A DNA stretch of 64,000 bases from NCBI RefSeq assembly GCF_016432865.1, contig NC_067400.1, positions 295,864,001-295,928,000 of the forward strand, given 5' to 3'. Made by a program: the position numbers and the translations under genes. The notes beneath the pieces were generated by a model. The model was not told the DNA's origin. It was given only the letters and a program-made list of their open reading frames with translations, and ran no database searches. The stretch comes from Antechinus flavipes. Taxonomy: Eukaryota. The stretch's first letter is position 1, and every line of letters starts with the position of its first letter. Shown here piece by piece: positions 24,491 to 36,355 of the stretch.

Positions 24491-25899
24491 GTACTGTCTT
24501 GATCAGAAAATGAAAATTCATTTTAATTGTCAAACCATAAATGCCTAGTATTTGGAGGTAATCTTAAGGTTCTTCTTTTCCAGTCTATCTCTTGATTCAG
24601 GACTCTCTTCACTGCATACATGAAAGATGACCAGGTATCATGACTCTGCTTGAACACTTTCATTGACAGTAAGCTCACTACTACCAAAAAAAAAAAAAAA
24701 ATTCATTTTGGTACACCTCTGTATGCCATAGGATCAAAGATTTATAGTGATAAAGGACTTTAGGATGATCTTATGTTGGGGATACTGAGACCCAGATTTG
24801 CTCAAGAATGTACAGTTAAATGGCAAAAGAAGGGATCAAATCTATGTCCTCTGCTTTAAGAAATTATGCTCTGTCCACTACAAATATAGCAAATAGTTCT
24901 CAATATTGACTTAGCCAAAATTTGATTATGGAGGTAAATCTGCCACACATAAAAAACTTTATTATGCTTACTAGTCAAATATCAATAAATTTAGGATATT
25001 TTGGTCTTTTGTGCAGGGACTTTCCTTCTTTATTAAAAAAATAATAATAATTTAAATCTTGAACTGAGCAGGAGAGAGGATGACTGCTTTACACAGTTTC
25101 CGATGCAACAATGAAGCTTACCCTCACTGCCCAAAGCTATATGCTATTCTTGGGCTTGATTTCATAGTAAGTAAACAATTCCTTTTAGGACTTGGATTTG
25201 GAAACCTAAAGAAAGTATATCTAGTTCAACATCATAATTTTAAACTAAAAAAAAAAAAAAGATTTCCATAGAGGGCAAATGGCATAGCATTACCATTAAT
25301 GAATTGGCACTTGAAATTATATTTGCTCTATATGTTTTATATGCATTGCCACATGTTTCTCTTTTGGTAAAATGTATGAGGTAACAAAATGTTAGCCCAG
25401 GTAAAGATCAACTGTCCTTTTATTCATTCAACAAATATACTATTTAGTTTTACTATATGACAATGAGAGAAATATATATATATATATGTATATTATATAC
25501 ATATATATATATATATATGATCCTCTATGCCATCTTTGACCATTGGCTTCTACAACTTCTGTGGTTCCAGAATGTCTGCTTAGTTTGATCCTACATTTGA
25601 TTCTTGATCTTTGCCTTGGTTCTGCAGAGTTTGGCTTCTAGTCTGGCATCTCAAATCAATGACTACTGATAGTTTGGCTTGACACTTGACCTCCAGGAAA
25701 TTACAATTTTGTTGAAAAGGGAAGACTCCCCATTCTTACCACCAATTTCATCCAAACTTTGGCTAATATTTGTCAATACTACCTTTTACCATGTCTTGTA
25801 TATAGCCCCTCTTCTACTCAGACAGGCATCAATCAACCTGTTTCAAGCCCTCAACTCCTCACACCTAAACTTGTAGAAGAGACTTCTTGCTTGGTCTTA

Positions 25900-26630
25900 A
25901 TGACTCAAGTCTCTCTCCATTCGAATCTATCCCTCACTCAGTTTTCAAACTGATCTTCCCAAAGGACAGATCTGGCCTCTCACTCTCCAGGACCAATAGT
26001 GGCTTCCTATTACTTCTAGGATGAAAAATATACCCCACTCCTATTTGGTTTTTAAATAAAGCTCTTTGTTACCTGATCCCTTCCTACTTTTTCAGTCTTC
26101 TTACCCCATCTTCCCCCTTCATACACTCTGGGATCCAGTGACTCTGGCCTCCTTACTGTTTCCTTCACAGGAAACCAGATCTCTTGACTAAGTATTTTCA
26201 CTGGTTGTCCCCCAAGCCTCTAACTTTCTTCATCCTTATCTCCCCTTCCTATCTTCTGCCAACTTTTAGGTAAAGTTTCACCTCTACCAACATTCTTTCA
26301 AAGTCCTCTTTCTTTCTTATTACCTTCTCTTTGTCACAACCCCTATTTTAGCCTGGATACAGGGCATCCTAAAAGTTTCAATATAGTTTTCAACTATTAA
26401 AAGACTAAAATATAGGTATTTTAAGCTATTGATATATCAACTGTGCTAAGGCTTTTGGGATATTCCATTTATCTCTTGTTCATAGTTGTTTACATATTGT
26501 CTCCCTCATTAGAGTGTGAGGTCCTTCAGAAGCAGGAACTGTTTCTTTTCTTTCTTTTTCTTTTTTTCTTTTTATCTCTAATAATGCTTTGTGCAGTGTC
26601 TAGCCAGGTGTGTGATTAATATATGCTTGT
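25900..26630 (+). mobile_element. L2 LINE 3' region
   Basis: Pyrimidine-rich L2-like body ending tctccctcattagagtgtgaggtccttcagaagcagg...aatatatgcttgtt. Confidence 0.75.
26360..26466. mobile_element. Degraded Tc1/mariner-type MITE inside L2
   Basis: TA|CAGGGCATCCTAAAAG ... CTTTTGGGATATTCC; inverted core ATCC(C/T)AAAAG. Confidence 0.5.
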
Positions 26631-27319
26631 TATCTAAGAAGAAAAGATTTTCTGTGATCAAATGCCCAAATGGTTAATGTGAAGAAATTCATAGTAGGAA
26701 ATGATAAGAAGTTTTAAATTTTTGAGAATGCTTGGTAGAGGCAAGGTTGGTGGGATTTGAGTAGTCAAACGGAAAGAAAAATAAAGAAAGGAGATTTGAG
26801 ATAAACAGCTACATAAGCAAAAGCACAGAAGTAGAAATAAGTACTCCCAGATTACATTGTATTTTGTCTTTATGTTTATTCTGTATATGTTTATGAATTG
26901 AGCATGTTAAATTTCTCAAAACCACAGTATCTTGCATAAAGCATGAGCCACTTAATTTCTTTGTTAGCTGGCTCACTCACCCCAAACAATCTGAATGTTG
27001 GTCAGGGTTCCAAGAAAAGGACCAGTACCACATCACTATACTCAATCTCATTTGAATTACTAAGTATAAACCTATAGTTGGAGAATCCACTCCTCCTTTA
27101 CTCACAGTTATAAATCTATCCTTCATTGATGTGATTTCCACTTACACAAAATCACTTATCCACAGTTATGGCACTCCCAGATCTTAAGCACAACCACTTA
27201 GTTAACTTCTATTTCAAAACTGATGAAGCGCTGATGAGTTATTTTTATATACAATAACTATTAAAAGAGAATATAAATAATTCTAATACTATTATATTGG
27301 CTATCATTTTCTTTAAATT

Positions 27320-28240
27320 TATTCTATTATGTCGGACCCTTTGTGACCCTGTTTGAGGTTTTCTTAATAAAGATATTTGTGTGTGGCTTGCCATTTCCTT
27401 CTCCAGTTCATTTGTTAGACAAAGAAACTGAGGTACAAAAAGTTATCAAACTGTGCATACCTTTTGATCCAGCAGTGTTTCTACTGGGCTTATACCCCAA
27501 AGAGATACTAAAGAAGGGAAAGGGCCTATGTGCCAAAATGTTTGTGGCAGCCCTGTTTGTAGTGGCTAGAAGCTGGAAAATGAATGGATGCCCATCAATT
27601 GGAGAATGGTTGGGTAAATTGTAGTATATGAATGTTATGGAATATCCTTGTTCTGTAAGGAATGACCAGCAGGATGAATACAGAGAGGATTGGTGAGACT
27701 TACATGAACTGATGCTAAGTGAAATGAGCAGAACCAGGAGATCATTATACATCTCAACAACGATACTGTTTGAGGATGTATTCTGATGGAAATGGATCTC
27801 TTCGATAAAGAGACCTAACTCAGTTTCAGTTGATCAAGGATGGACAGAAGCAGCTACATCCAAAGAAAGAACACTGGGAAATGAATATAAACTGCTTGCA
27901 TTTTTGTTTTTCTTCCCGGGTTATTTATACCTTCTGAATCCAATTCTCCCTGTGCAACAAGAGAACTGTTCAGTTCTGCACACATATATTGTATCTAGGA
28001 TATACTGTAACCTATTTAACATGTATAGGACTGCTTGCCTCTGGGGAGGGGGAGAGGGAGGGAGGGGAAAAATCAGGAACAGAAGTGAGTGCAAGGGATA
28101 ATGTTGTAAAAAATTACCCTGGCATGGGTTCTATCAATAAAAAGTTATTAAAAAAAAGAAAGAAAGAAACTGAGATAAACAGATTTAAGTGACTTGCCCA
28201 GGGTTACACAGCTAGTATCTGAAGCCAGATATGAATTTGA
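27320..28240 (+). mobile_element. Mar1/MIR-like SINE split by the L1 at 27433-28162
   Basis: Halves rejoin as cttgccatttccttctccagttcattt...aaagaaactgag|ataaacagatttaagtgacttgcccagggttacacagctagt. Confidence 0.75.
27433..28162 (+). mobile_element. Young 5'-truncated LINE-1 (ORF2 C-terminus + 3' UTR + A tail)
   Basis: IPFDPAVFLLGLYPKEI...MFVAALFVVARSWK..CPSIGEW L1 ORF2 motif; TSD AAAGAAACTGAG at 27421-27432 and 28163-28174. Confidence 0.96.
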
Positions 28241-29198
28241 TTATGCTTGACCCCCTCCATCCAGATTTTTACTATATTCTAGGATTTAATGTTTAATAGA
28301 TTTTGGTGATAATTTGAGTTTTTTCATTACTTAGAATTTTCCTGCTATGAGAGTGACATATGATTCCCTTCCAGGGTCCAATCTTTATAACAAAGTATTT
28401 TAAGAGGAAAAAAGAGAAAGAAGTGAAAAAAATCAGTAAAACTTATCAACACATCCTAAAAATTTCATGTCATATGCAATTTTTCATACTTATGGACCCC
28501 TGTCCAAATATCTTTTCTTTAGTACCTATTAACAATATTCATCATTAATTATTTTGTACCTTGAGTTCTTTCCATTTATATTGTTGTAGTCATTGCACAT
28601 ATTGTTTTCCTGGTCTTGCTTATTTTGCTTGCATCAGTTCACATAAATGTTTCTTTTCATGATTTTAATAGCTCATGTCAGAATTCTGGAACTCAATCAC
28701 TATCCTTGCCTCATGATGTGAAAAAGAAAACCTTCAAAGAGTCTGTCCTTTTCTGAAATGTTAAAAACAAGTCCTTGTTGCCCTATTGTCTTAAGGTACT
28801 TGATTCAACCCATCAAGATTTTTACCATTAAATCCTGAAAATCAATCATTTATAAATAAGCTAAGAAAAGACAAAGTCCTATGATATCTGCCATGTCTAG
28901 GTCCTCAAACCTATTCTCTTATTGTTTTGTCTCTAAAAACTATATGATTTTACATTTACATTTTATATTTTTTTAGTAAATAAAAGATCACCTTATGTTC
29001 TTTTAGCACATAAAAAAGACATTACTTTATATCTTTTACAATGTAGTATAATCTTTTTTGATTTTAGAATATTTATTTTCTACCCTTCTTGTCAAGCCAA
29101 ACTACTCACATCTTAATTAAGCACTTTTTTTTACACATAGGTTTGAACATTTTTGTTTTATTTTCTGTCCCTTTCAGCAGTTAAACTGCATATATCTT

Positions 29199-29323
29199 TT
29201 CGCCCCCCTGAGGCACTTGGGGTTAAGTGACTTGTCCAGCGTCACACAACTAAGAAGTATTAAGTGTCTCAGGCCAGATTTGAACTCAGGTCCTCCTGAC
29301 TTCAGAGCTGATACTCTATCTAC
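29199..29323 (-). mobile_element. WSINE1-type SINE, truncated
   Basis: ttaagtgacttgtccagcgtcacacaactaag...gatttgaactcaggtcctcctgacttcag; TSD TAAACTGCA(T/A)ATATCTT at 29182-29198 and 29324-29340. Confidence 0.88.
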
Positions 29324-30212
29324 TAAACTGCAAATATCTTAATAAAACAATTCCTAATACTCTAGCTCCACTTGTCACTTCAATTAGAATATAAGCATCT
29401 TGAACATAGCCATCTTCTTTGTATTTATATGTCCAGTACTTAGCAGATTGCCTGGCAAGTAGTGGGTGTTTAATAAATGTTGGTTGATTGATTCCATCTT
29501 GTGGGCATTGGACAGACTGGAATAGAATAATGGGAAACAAAAATAATAACATATTTAGATATTGCTACTAATGTATATCCTTCTTTGTAATATCATGACT
29601 TTGAGAGCAGCCTATATCATTAAATCAGTAGAGTCTAAGATCTGTCAAATCCCAGCAAGCTAAAAAAATTTTGAGAATTTATCTTGTACTGGACCATATT
29701 TGTATTTTTCAAGGGCCAAATTAGCTAGGTTTATCATTTGGCTGTCTGCAGGTTAAGGAATTATTTACCTAAGCTATCCCAGAAGACTTTTTGTTGGGCA
29801 TAAAATCTTCTAATCAGTGTTGACTGAGTTTTTCCTTAGGAAAAAAAATCATAGATCCTTTAAATATGAATGGAAGTTTATTTATTTCTGTCTTGAGATC
29901 ATTTTCTGGTTTTGATCTTTAAAACCATCCTGAGAGGTAGGCAATATAAGTATTATGAGGGTAGAGATTATTTTTATTTTGCCTTTGTATCCCTAATATC
30001 TAGCACAGTACCTAGCATTTTAGGGTTTATTAAATGTCCTATTTAGTACAATAGACACTAGACACTTAAGAGCTAGGTTTAAGTCCTGATTGACACAAAC
30101 TATTCCTAATGTGACCTTAGATAAATAAATAGCTTAACTTTTTCTGATTCTCAGATTCCTTATCTATAAAGGAAATTTTGAACTCATTTAGTCAAACCTC
30201 TCTTATTATAGG

Positions 30213-30550
30213 TGTGGGAGAAGGGTGCTAGACCCCTTCCCCAAATTAACTAATCAGAGACCTCTTCAGATACAAAGAGAAAGCCTTTATTGCAGAGAGA
30301 GGCCCAAGCACATCCAGGAAACATCTCAGCTCCCAATATGTGCCTGACCTTACAAGCTGGAAACAGGAAAGCAAAAGACCTAAGCCTTTTCATTGGATAG
30401 ACTAAAAAGAAGAAATCATCATTAATCAATGGTCACCAATGTTGTCTGCTTCCTGTGGGTCAAGTCACTTCTTGTAGCTGACTTAAGGTTTAACATTTTG
30501 CTCTAGACCTCCAGGTCTAGAAATCATGTGCCTGATCTTCAGACTCTGCA
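30213..30550 (-). mobile_element. LTR (antisense) abutting the 30551 LTR
   Basis: TG start; aagcctttattg (AATAAA on minus strand); cattgg (CCAAT on minus strand); right boundary uncertain. Confidence 0.6.
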
Positions 30551-31166
30551 TGAGGAGGGGAGCCCTAAAACTCTCTCTCAAACTTGGGGGTGAGAAGAGC
30601 TTGAGAAACTTCCTCAGAGAAGCTCTCCCTGAGAGACCCACCCCAGGGAATCAAGATAAAGTGGTTTCATTCTGATATCTGAGTGGGACTAGTTGAGTCC
30701 AGGACCACTTCTCTATTGAATTGGAGATTAGTCCAGGGACATTCATTCAATTGGAAGATTCTCTATTTTGATTTCAACTCAAAACTGCTCCCAGCCCCCA
30801 CCAACAACTACCCATATAACAAGCTTCCTTCAGCCCAACTCCTTGCAGAGGACCTAGAAGCAGAAATTATGCCAAGGAACCTCTCTCTTCTTGGAATAGC
30901 TGCCACCCTCTGCCCGCTCCCTCTTTATCTCTCTCACCTATTTCCCTGACAGGACCTTATTCACCTCTCTGTCAGGATTTCTCTGCTAGAGGATTTCTCG
31001 GCTACTCTGACACTAAGGAAATCAGCAGACAAAAGCTGATTTCTCAGTTCTAATAATAAACATCTTTTACCAGTTTAACTTTTAGGTTTGTAAATTCATT
31101 TATGAAGGACCTACGCCAACCAGAAGGGGGTTCCCACAACTCCCTGCCCTGCGCAGAACCTCATCA
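30551..31166 (+). mobile_element. Solo LTR, class I ERV-like
   Basis: TGAGGAGGGG...CCTCATCA termini; 4-bp TSD TGCA (30547-30550, 31167-31170); AATAAA at ~31055; homologous to 35366-36355. Confidence 0.9.
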
Positions 31167-31335
31167 TGCATACTACTGGGAATAGGGATCATGTGACTTA
31201 GACCTAAGATTTGACCTATTTTATCTCATAGACTTTTTGAGAAAACTTAACCTGGTCCCATTCATAAGTGAGAAAATTTAAAAATTAAACTGAATTCTTA
31301 TTTTACAGATAAACTGAGACTGTAATTAGTGATAA

Positions 31336-31916
31336 TGAGAAGCAGAGGTTGACTCCCAGAATATATTGGGGTTTCAGGCTAGTGACAAAAGATATCTCAA
31401 AAGAATTTGTAGAGTTGGACCATCACAAAATCAAGAGGTAAAGATTTCATTTTTATTTATATTTCAAAAATGAGTTTAGCAATTAACAGGGGGAAAGACA
31501 AGGGCTATGTTACTTAGTGGAACTCTCCCTTAACAAGAGGGGAAATGCCATAACAAGGGGGAAAAGGCAATATGGCGGGACTAAATACCTTATGAACCAT
31601 TGTGATGCTTGGTAAGCAGATTAAATTCCTAAAAAGGAATTAGTGAATGTCAGATACTAGTAGGTTCTTTTATAGGTGAAAAATAATCTAGGGACCTTCT
31701 GATTGGATGCAATAACTTGTGAGGTAGAAGGGGGAAGGGAAGGGATATTGATAATTTTGTCTCTTAAGGATAACAAAAACCCACTTAAAAACAAATGGTC
31801 CACTAAAAGAAGAGATAATTCTGTCAAAACTTTTCCTCCTTGCCTCAGGGGGTAGCTTGGCTTCCAGATTGTTTGCAGTAATTCAAGCAGTCTCCTATTA
31901 ATGCCCCTCCTTTACA
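31336..31916 (-). mobile_element. LTR (antisense)
   Basis: ttttata (TATA on minus strand), ctgattgg (CCAAT on minus strand), TG...CA termini; TSD not found. Confidence 0.6.
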
Positions 31917-32125
31917 ACCTACCCAGCTACCCAGGACCAAGGACCTCATCAGGCTTAGAGATTGTCCATGACCACATGTCTACATTTGGAAGTACTCTTG
32001 AAGGACATTTAGTTCAATCCTCTTATGTTGCAAATGAAGAAACATGAGTCCAGCAAGATTAACTCATTTGTCCACTATCATACACCTAGTAATAAACAGA
32101 GGTAGGATTTGAATCCAAGTCATTC

Positions 32126-32531
32126 TGTTGAGGGGTAAGATACTCTAACAGCAATGGGGATCCTCAGGCCTATGTTGCAGATTTTACCAAAGAATTCGCA
32201 GTCCCAGTCTGCAACTGAGGTTTGACAAAAATGGGTTTATTTTCACTGAGCAGCTCTGTCCATTGTCAGCTTCCTGATTAGGAAGATAAAGAAGTTTGGG
32301 ATACAGAGTCTTGATTTCTATTTAGCCTCCTATAGCTTGGGGGTAGGGAGCAATTGAGAGGCTAATTTTGAAATCAATAAAGGTGGTGATTGTTTTCCAG
32401 ACCAAAGTGATTTCCAGATCAATTGGAAGAGAGAGTTTTCCTTGGGAACAAGGCAGTTTTCCCAGAGCCAGGAGAGTTTGAGATTTAGGGTCCCCCCAAA
32501 AAAGATCAGGAAACAGATTCCTTTTACATCA
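32126..32531 (-). mobile_element. Solo LTR (antisense) inserted in a MIR-like SINE
   Basis: TGTTG...CATCA termini; TSD ATTC/ATTT; gggtttattt poly-A signal on minus strand; host rejoins as ggatttgaatccaagtcatt|gacttcagag. Confidence 0.7.
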
Positions 32532-32854
32532 ATTTGACTTCAGAGTCTGTGCCTTTGCATTATACCATAGTTACATAGCTAGCAAATAGTATAATCTAGA
32601 GTTGAGGCCATGTCTTTTTTCTTCATATCTAGTTTTCTTTTCACTCTGTCATGCCCCCTTTCAGATAAGATAATATATCAGTGATAGTACTGGGACCAGA
32701 ATTCACATTTCTGTATTTTCATTCAATAATCTTCCCCAAGTTTTTTTTTTTTTTTTTTAATTCCCTTCAAATGTTATCTGCCTAAGGTATTATTGCCTGT
32801 ACTTCTAATAAGGCGTCAATAAATGACCATGAGACAGATAATGAAGGAGACATG

Positions 32855-33888
32855 CCGTGTTTCCCTGATAATAAGACCCATCCCGAAAATAAGCCCTCCC
32901 CTTACTGTGTAAGATTCCTCTAAAATAAGCCCTCCCCCGAAAATAAGCCCTTTTGAGATTGCTACTGTAGTGAAGGTGATCCCCTGCACTACACGCTACA
33001 CTACGGTACCTTCTGTATGCACCATTCCCCCCCACCCCACCCCTACCCTCCCGGGGGGAAATGCATGCTGCGCTCCGAGCTGCATCCAATCAGAGCTGCA
33101 GCAGTGAGCATGTCATCCTGTTCTTCCCCAGTGATTTGCTTGCTGGCGCCATTGAGAGCAATGCCACAGAGGAGAGCTGAGGCAGGACAACATAAAAACC
33201 CAGTATGTAAGCAGGAGTGAGGGGGCATGATGGAGGATAAAAGAAGAACTCAGGGGGCATGATGGAGGATAAAAGAAGAACTCAGCCAGCACGCACCGCG
33301 CTAAAGAAATGAAGAACTTCCTTGCAGAGAGAAGAATAGATCAAGTAACGATTCCTACAGGAATGACTGCCTATCTCCACACCCTTGATATTGCAATAAA
33401 CAAGCCATTCAAGGACCATTTGCACATGGAAATCAATGACTATATTGAAAATAGAATGGAAAGAAATCAGCGTGGAAACTTTGTGAAGCCCTGTCTGCAA
33501 GAAGTAGTGACTTGGGTGAAGAAGTCATGGGATAAAATTACTGACAGCTATGTCACCAAGGCACTACGAGCAGGTTACCTGGACAAGACATGTTCATTTA
33601 AAGAGAGCTATATTGCTGGACATGACAGATTGGGTCCACTTCTTCTGAAGGAAATAGAGGTGCAAGACATCCAGGATGGAATTCAGGGTATGGACACTTA
33701 TGACGATGTTATTGAAGAAGATGACATGATCATTATTGAATAAAGGTACTTTTTTTGGTCACATTTACCTGTTTATTAAAATTGCTGTCAATGTTCATTA
33801 AAATAAGCCCTCCCCTGAAAATAAGCCCTCTGGTGTTTTTCTGTCCAAAAAAATAATAAGACAGTGTCTTATTATCGGGGAAACACGG
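32855..33888 (+). mobile_element. Internally deleted pogo/Tc2-clade (Passer-like) DNA transposon
   Basis: 23-bp TIR CCGTGTTTCCC(T/C)GATAATAAGAC with 1 mismatch (32855-32877, 33866-33888); flanks TG/TA; subterminal AAAATAAGCCC repeats; DDE transposase remnant. Confidence 0.93.
33309..33743 (+). pseudogene. C-terminal fragment of a pogo-family (DDE_1) transposase, 144-aa open frame
   Basis: IPTGMTAYLHTLDIAINKPFKDHL matches the pogo IP.G.T..LQPLD..INKPFK motif; upstream in-frame (N)SASTHRAKE gives 35 residues to the last Asp (DD35D spacing); acidic tail. Confidence 0.88.
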
Positions 33889-35365
33889 TAGGAGAACCAA
33901 ACCTCACTTCGCTTTTAACCTTTGCATCTAAGTCCTTAAAAAGGAGGAAAGAAAACTTGAAGTGCAACAAGTTGTTAAGCAGGCCCAGTCATTTGGGCTT
34001 AGCACAGGTGGGTTCAGGAATGATGCCATGGCAATTAGTGAAAAATAGGAGCACATACAATAAAATAAAGCTGTATGCTGTTTAAATGGCTTTAACAATA
34101 ACCATTACACACCAATTCTTTTAGAGGCAGTAAAGTATCTGCTTTGTAAGAGGAAGGGGGAGACAAAAAAGACAAAAAAAAAAAAAAAAAAAAAAGCTCC
34201 AGAAAATGAAAGCATGGGGATGTGTGGCAGTTGGAAGGGGGAGAATCTGGGAGTGTGAAGGATGTCAGGCTTTTCTTTTCAACAGGCAAATACATTAACA
34301 TTAGAACAATAGATTTCCTTTCTAATCCTTTCAGAAAAGGTTGGTTTGCTTATCTCATCCAGGGGCTTCAAAAAAGGTAGCTCATAAAGCTAGCTGAGGC
34401 TTTATTTATCCATTTGGGTTTCTAGTGCAAGCACTCAGTATAAAAATATACTAGTAATTTTTTGTATAAGGATATCTTTTTAATCAGTCAAATTTAAACA
34501 AGATAGTAAAACATAAATAAAAGTAACTTACAATAATCACAAAAGTACATGATGCAAATTTACAATGCTAGTTGACCAATGATGGGGCCATTTGACAAAC
34601 CACTCTTTAATAGGAGGGATAGACTTCAAATCCCTGTAATCTTTAAGCATGATCCCTCTCCTTTCTTTCCAAATTTTTTTTGTAGATTCTGAATTGTCCT
34701 GGCAGCACTAGTCTAGAGAGCAAAACTTTTTATTATATTCAAACCACAGAAAACACACTCTTAGAAATATTCTTCATACAATAATGGCACTGTTATTGAG
34801 TTTCCTAAGGTCAAGCTAAAAATTAGCCTACTTAATAGAGTTTCAGCATCAAGATCTATGTATCTTATACAGGCTTAATTTGCAAAATGTAGGTCAATAC
34901 TTTGCTTTATGTAATAGATGTATTCCTTAAAAAATTGAGTGGAACATAAAATTTTAATGAGAGATCATAGATTAGAGTTGGCAGAGATTTCAGAGAACAT
35001 CTATTCTACCTCTCACTTTAAAATAAAACTCAAGAGAAATGACTTGCCTAAGGTCATTTAGGTTTAGGTAAAATAGAAAAATCTAACTCTCTGATTCCCT
35101 GATTCCAGCTGTCTTTTCCTATACTACAATGTTCTTCTAGTTAGTCATGATACTTAAAGGAACACTTTGGGCAAATCATTTTGAAAAAAGGGGAAAGGGA
35201 AAGGTGGTTAGGGAGTTTGAGACCTGAATTTGAATAGGAGATCAACTGCTTTGTAACTTTAAGCAAATTTCTTCTCCAGGCCTTTGTTTCCCTATTCATA
35301 TAAAATGTGTAATTAGACTAATTGATCTCTAAGGTCTCTTCCAACTGTGAATCCTGTATTGCTAT

Positions 35366-36355
35366 TGAGGAGGGGAACCCCCAAACTCTTTCTCTTTCCC
35401 CCTCTCTGATTTTGGGAATGAACCATGAGGTAAAACACTTGAAGTTCCTTGAGGGAGAAAATCTCCTTAAACCCTGACACTGTAAAGATGCTGCCCAAGG
35501 ACAGACAGTTTCATTCTGTAACCTAGGTGGGGCTAATTGAATCTGGAGTTGGAGATATCAATCCCATTGAATTGGAGAAACACCCATTCAATTCTAAGAT
35601 TTTCTATTCAATTCCAGGTGGGATTAGCTAGCTCAAGCTGAAACCCAGCTTGGAGACAACTTGGAACTCCCACCTCCCCCATCCCCCACTAGCCTCCTTT
35701 GATTTGTAGCCAAAGCTTCTATTATAAAAGAGCCAATCTAAAACCCTCTCTTTGCAGAGGAGCTAAAATGCCAAGGAAACTCTCTTTCTTCCTGGCATAG
35801 CAAGCCTCTGCCTGTTGGGATGATATTCTTTTCCAGGGATAACTTCTCTTTAACCTCACCTATTTCCGTAACGAGACTTATGCTCCTCTGTCGGGATCTC
35901 TCTACTAGAAATTTTACTTCTCTGCCAGGACTTCTCCACTACTTTACTTTCTGTCGGGACCTTGCTACTAAGAAAGTCAGCCTTTCTGTTCATGCATGGC
36001 AAAGGCTGACGTCCCAATGCCAATAATAAACCTTGTCTTATCAGTCTAGCTTTTTTGGGTTTGTAAATTCCTTTACAAAAAATCTCTGCACTGCCAGAAA
36101 GGAGTTCTCAAAACTCCATACCCATGGGCCAAATCCCAAGGGGATGTAGGGGAGCCAACCCTCTCCATTTGATTCCCTGAACCCCAAACCTGCCACTAGA
36201 CCTTATCATTTAACTCCCTGACAACCAGGAAATCTAATCTCACTTTGGTTTCCTGAATCTAATCTCATCATCTGGTTCCCTGACAACCCTAAATTTAGAC
36301 CTCATCATATTTTGGTTCCCTGACCAAAGGGACTCCCAAAATCTAAATCTCATCA
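35366..36355 (+). mobile_element. Solo LTR, class I ERV-like, with extended PBS-repeat U5
   Basis: TGAGGAGGGG...CTCATCA; TSD CTAT (35362-35365, 36356-36359); TATAAAA ~35722; AATAAA ~36025. Confidence 0.9.

Noticed and set aside
25097-25172. Possible plus-strand exon (SFRCNNEAYPHCPKLYAILGLDFI|GTAAGT or MKLTLTAQSYMLFLGLIS)
   Set aside because: Weak acceptor, poor exonic donor context (ATA|GT), only superficial motif resemblance
32805-33089. Minus-strand ORF with repeated RAYFRG peptide
   Set aside because: Antisense translation of the transposon's AAAATAAGCCC subterminal repeats
36160-36355. CRISPR-like appearance of repeat/spacer units
   Set aside because: Eukaryotic LTR context, degenerate repeats, mutually similar spacers and no cas genes; better explained as LTR-end/PBS duplications
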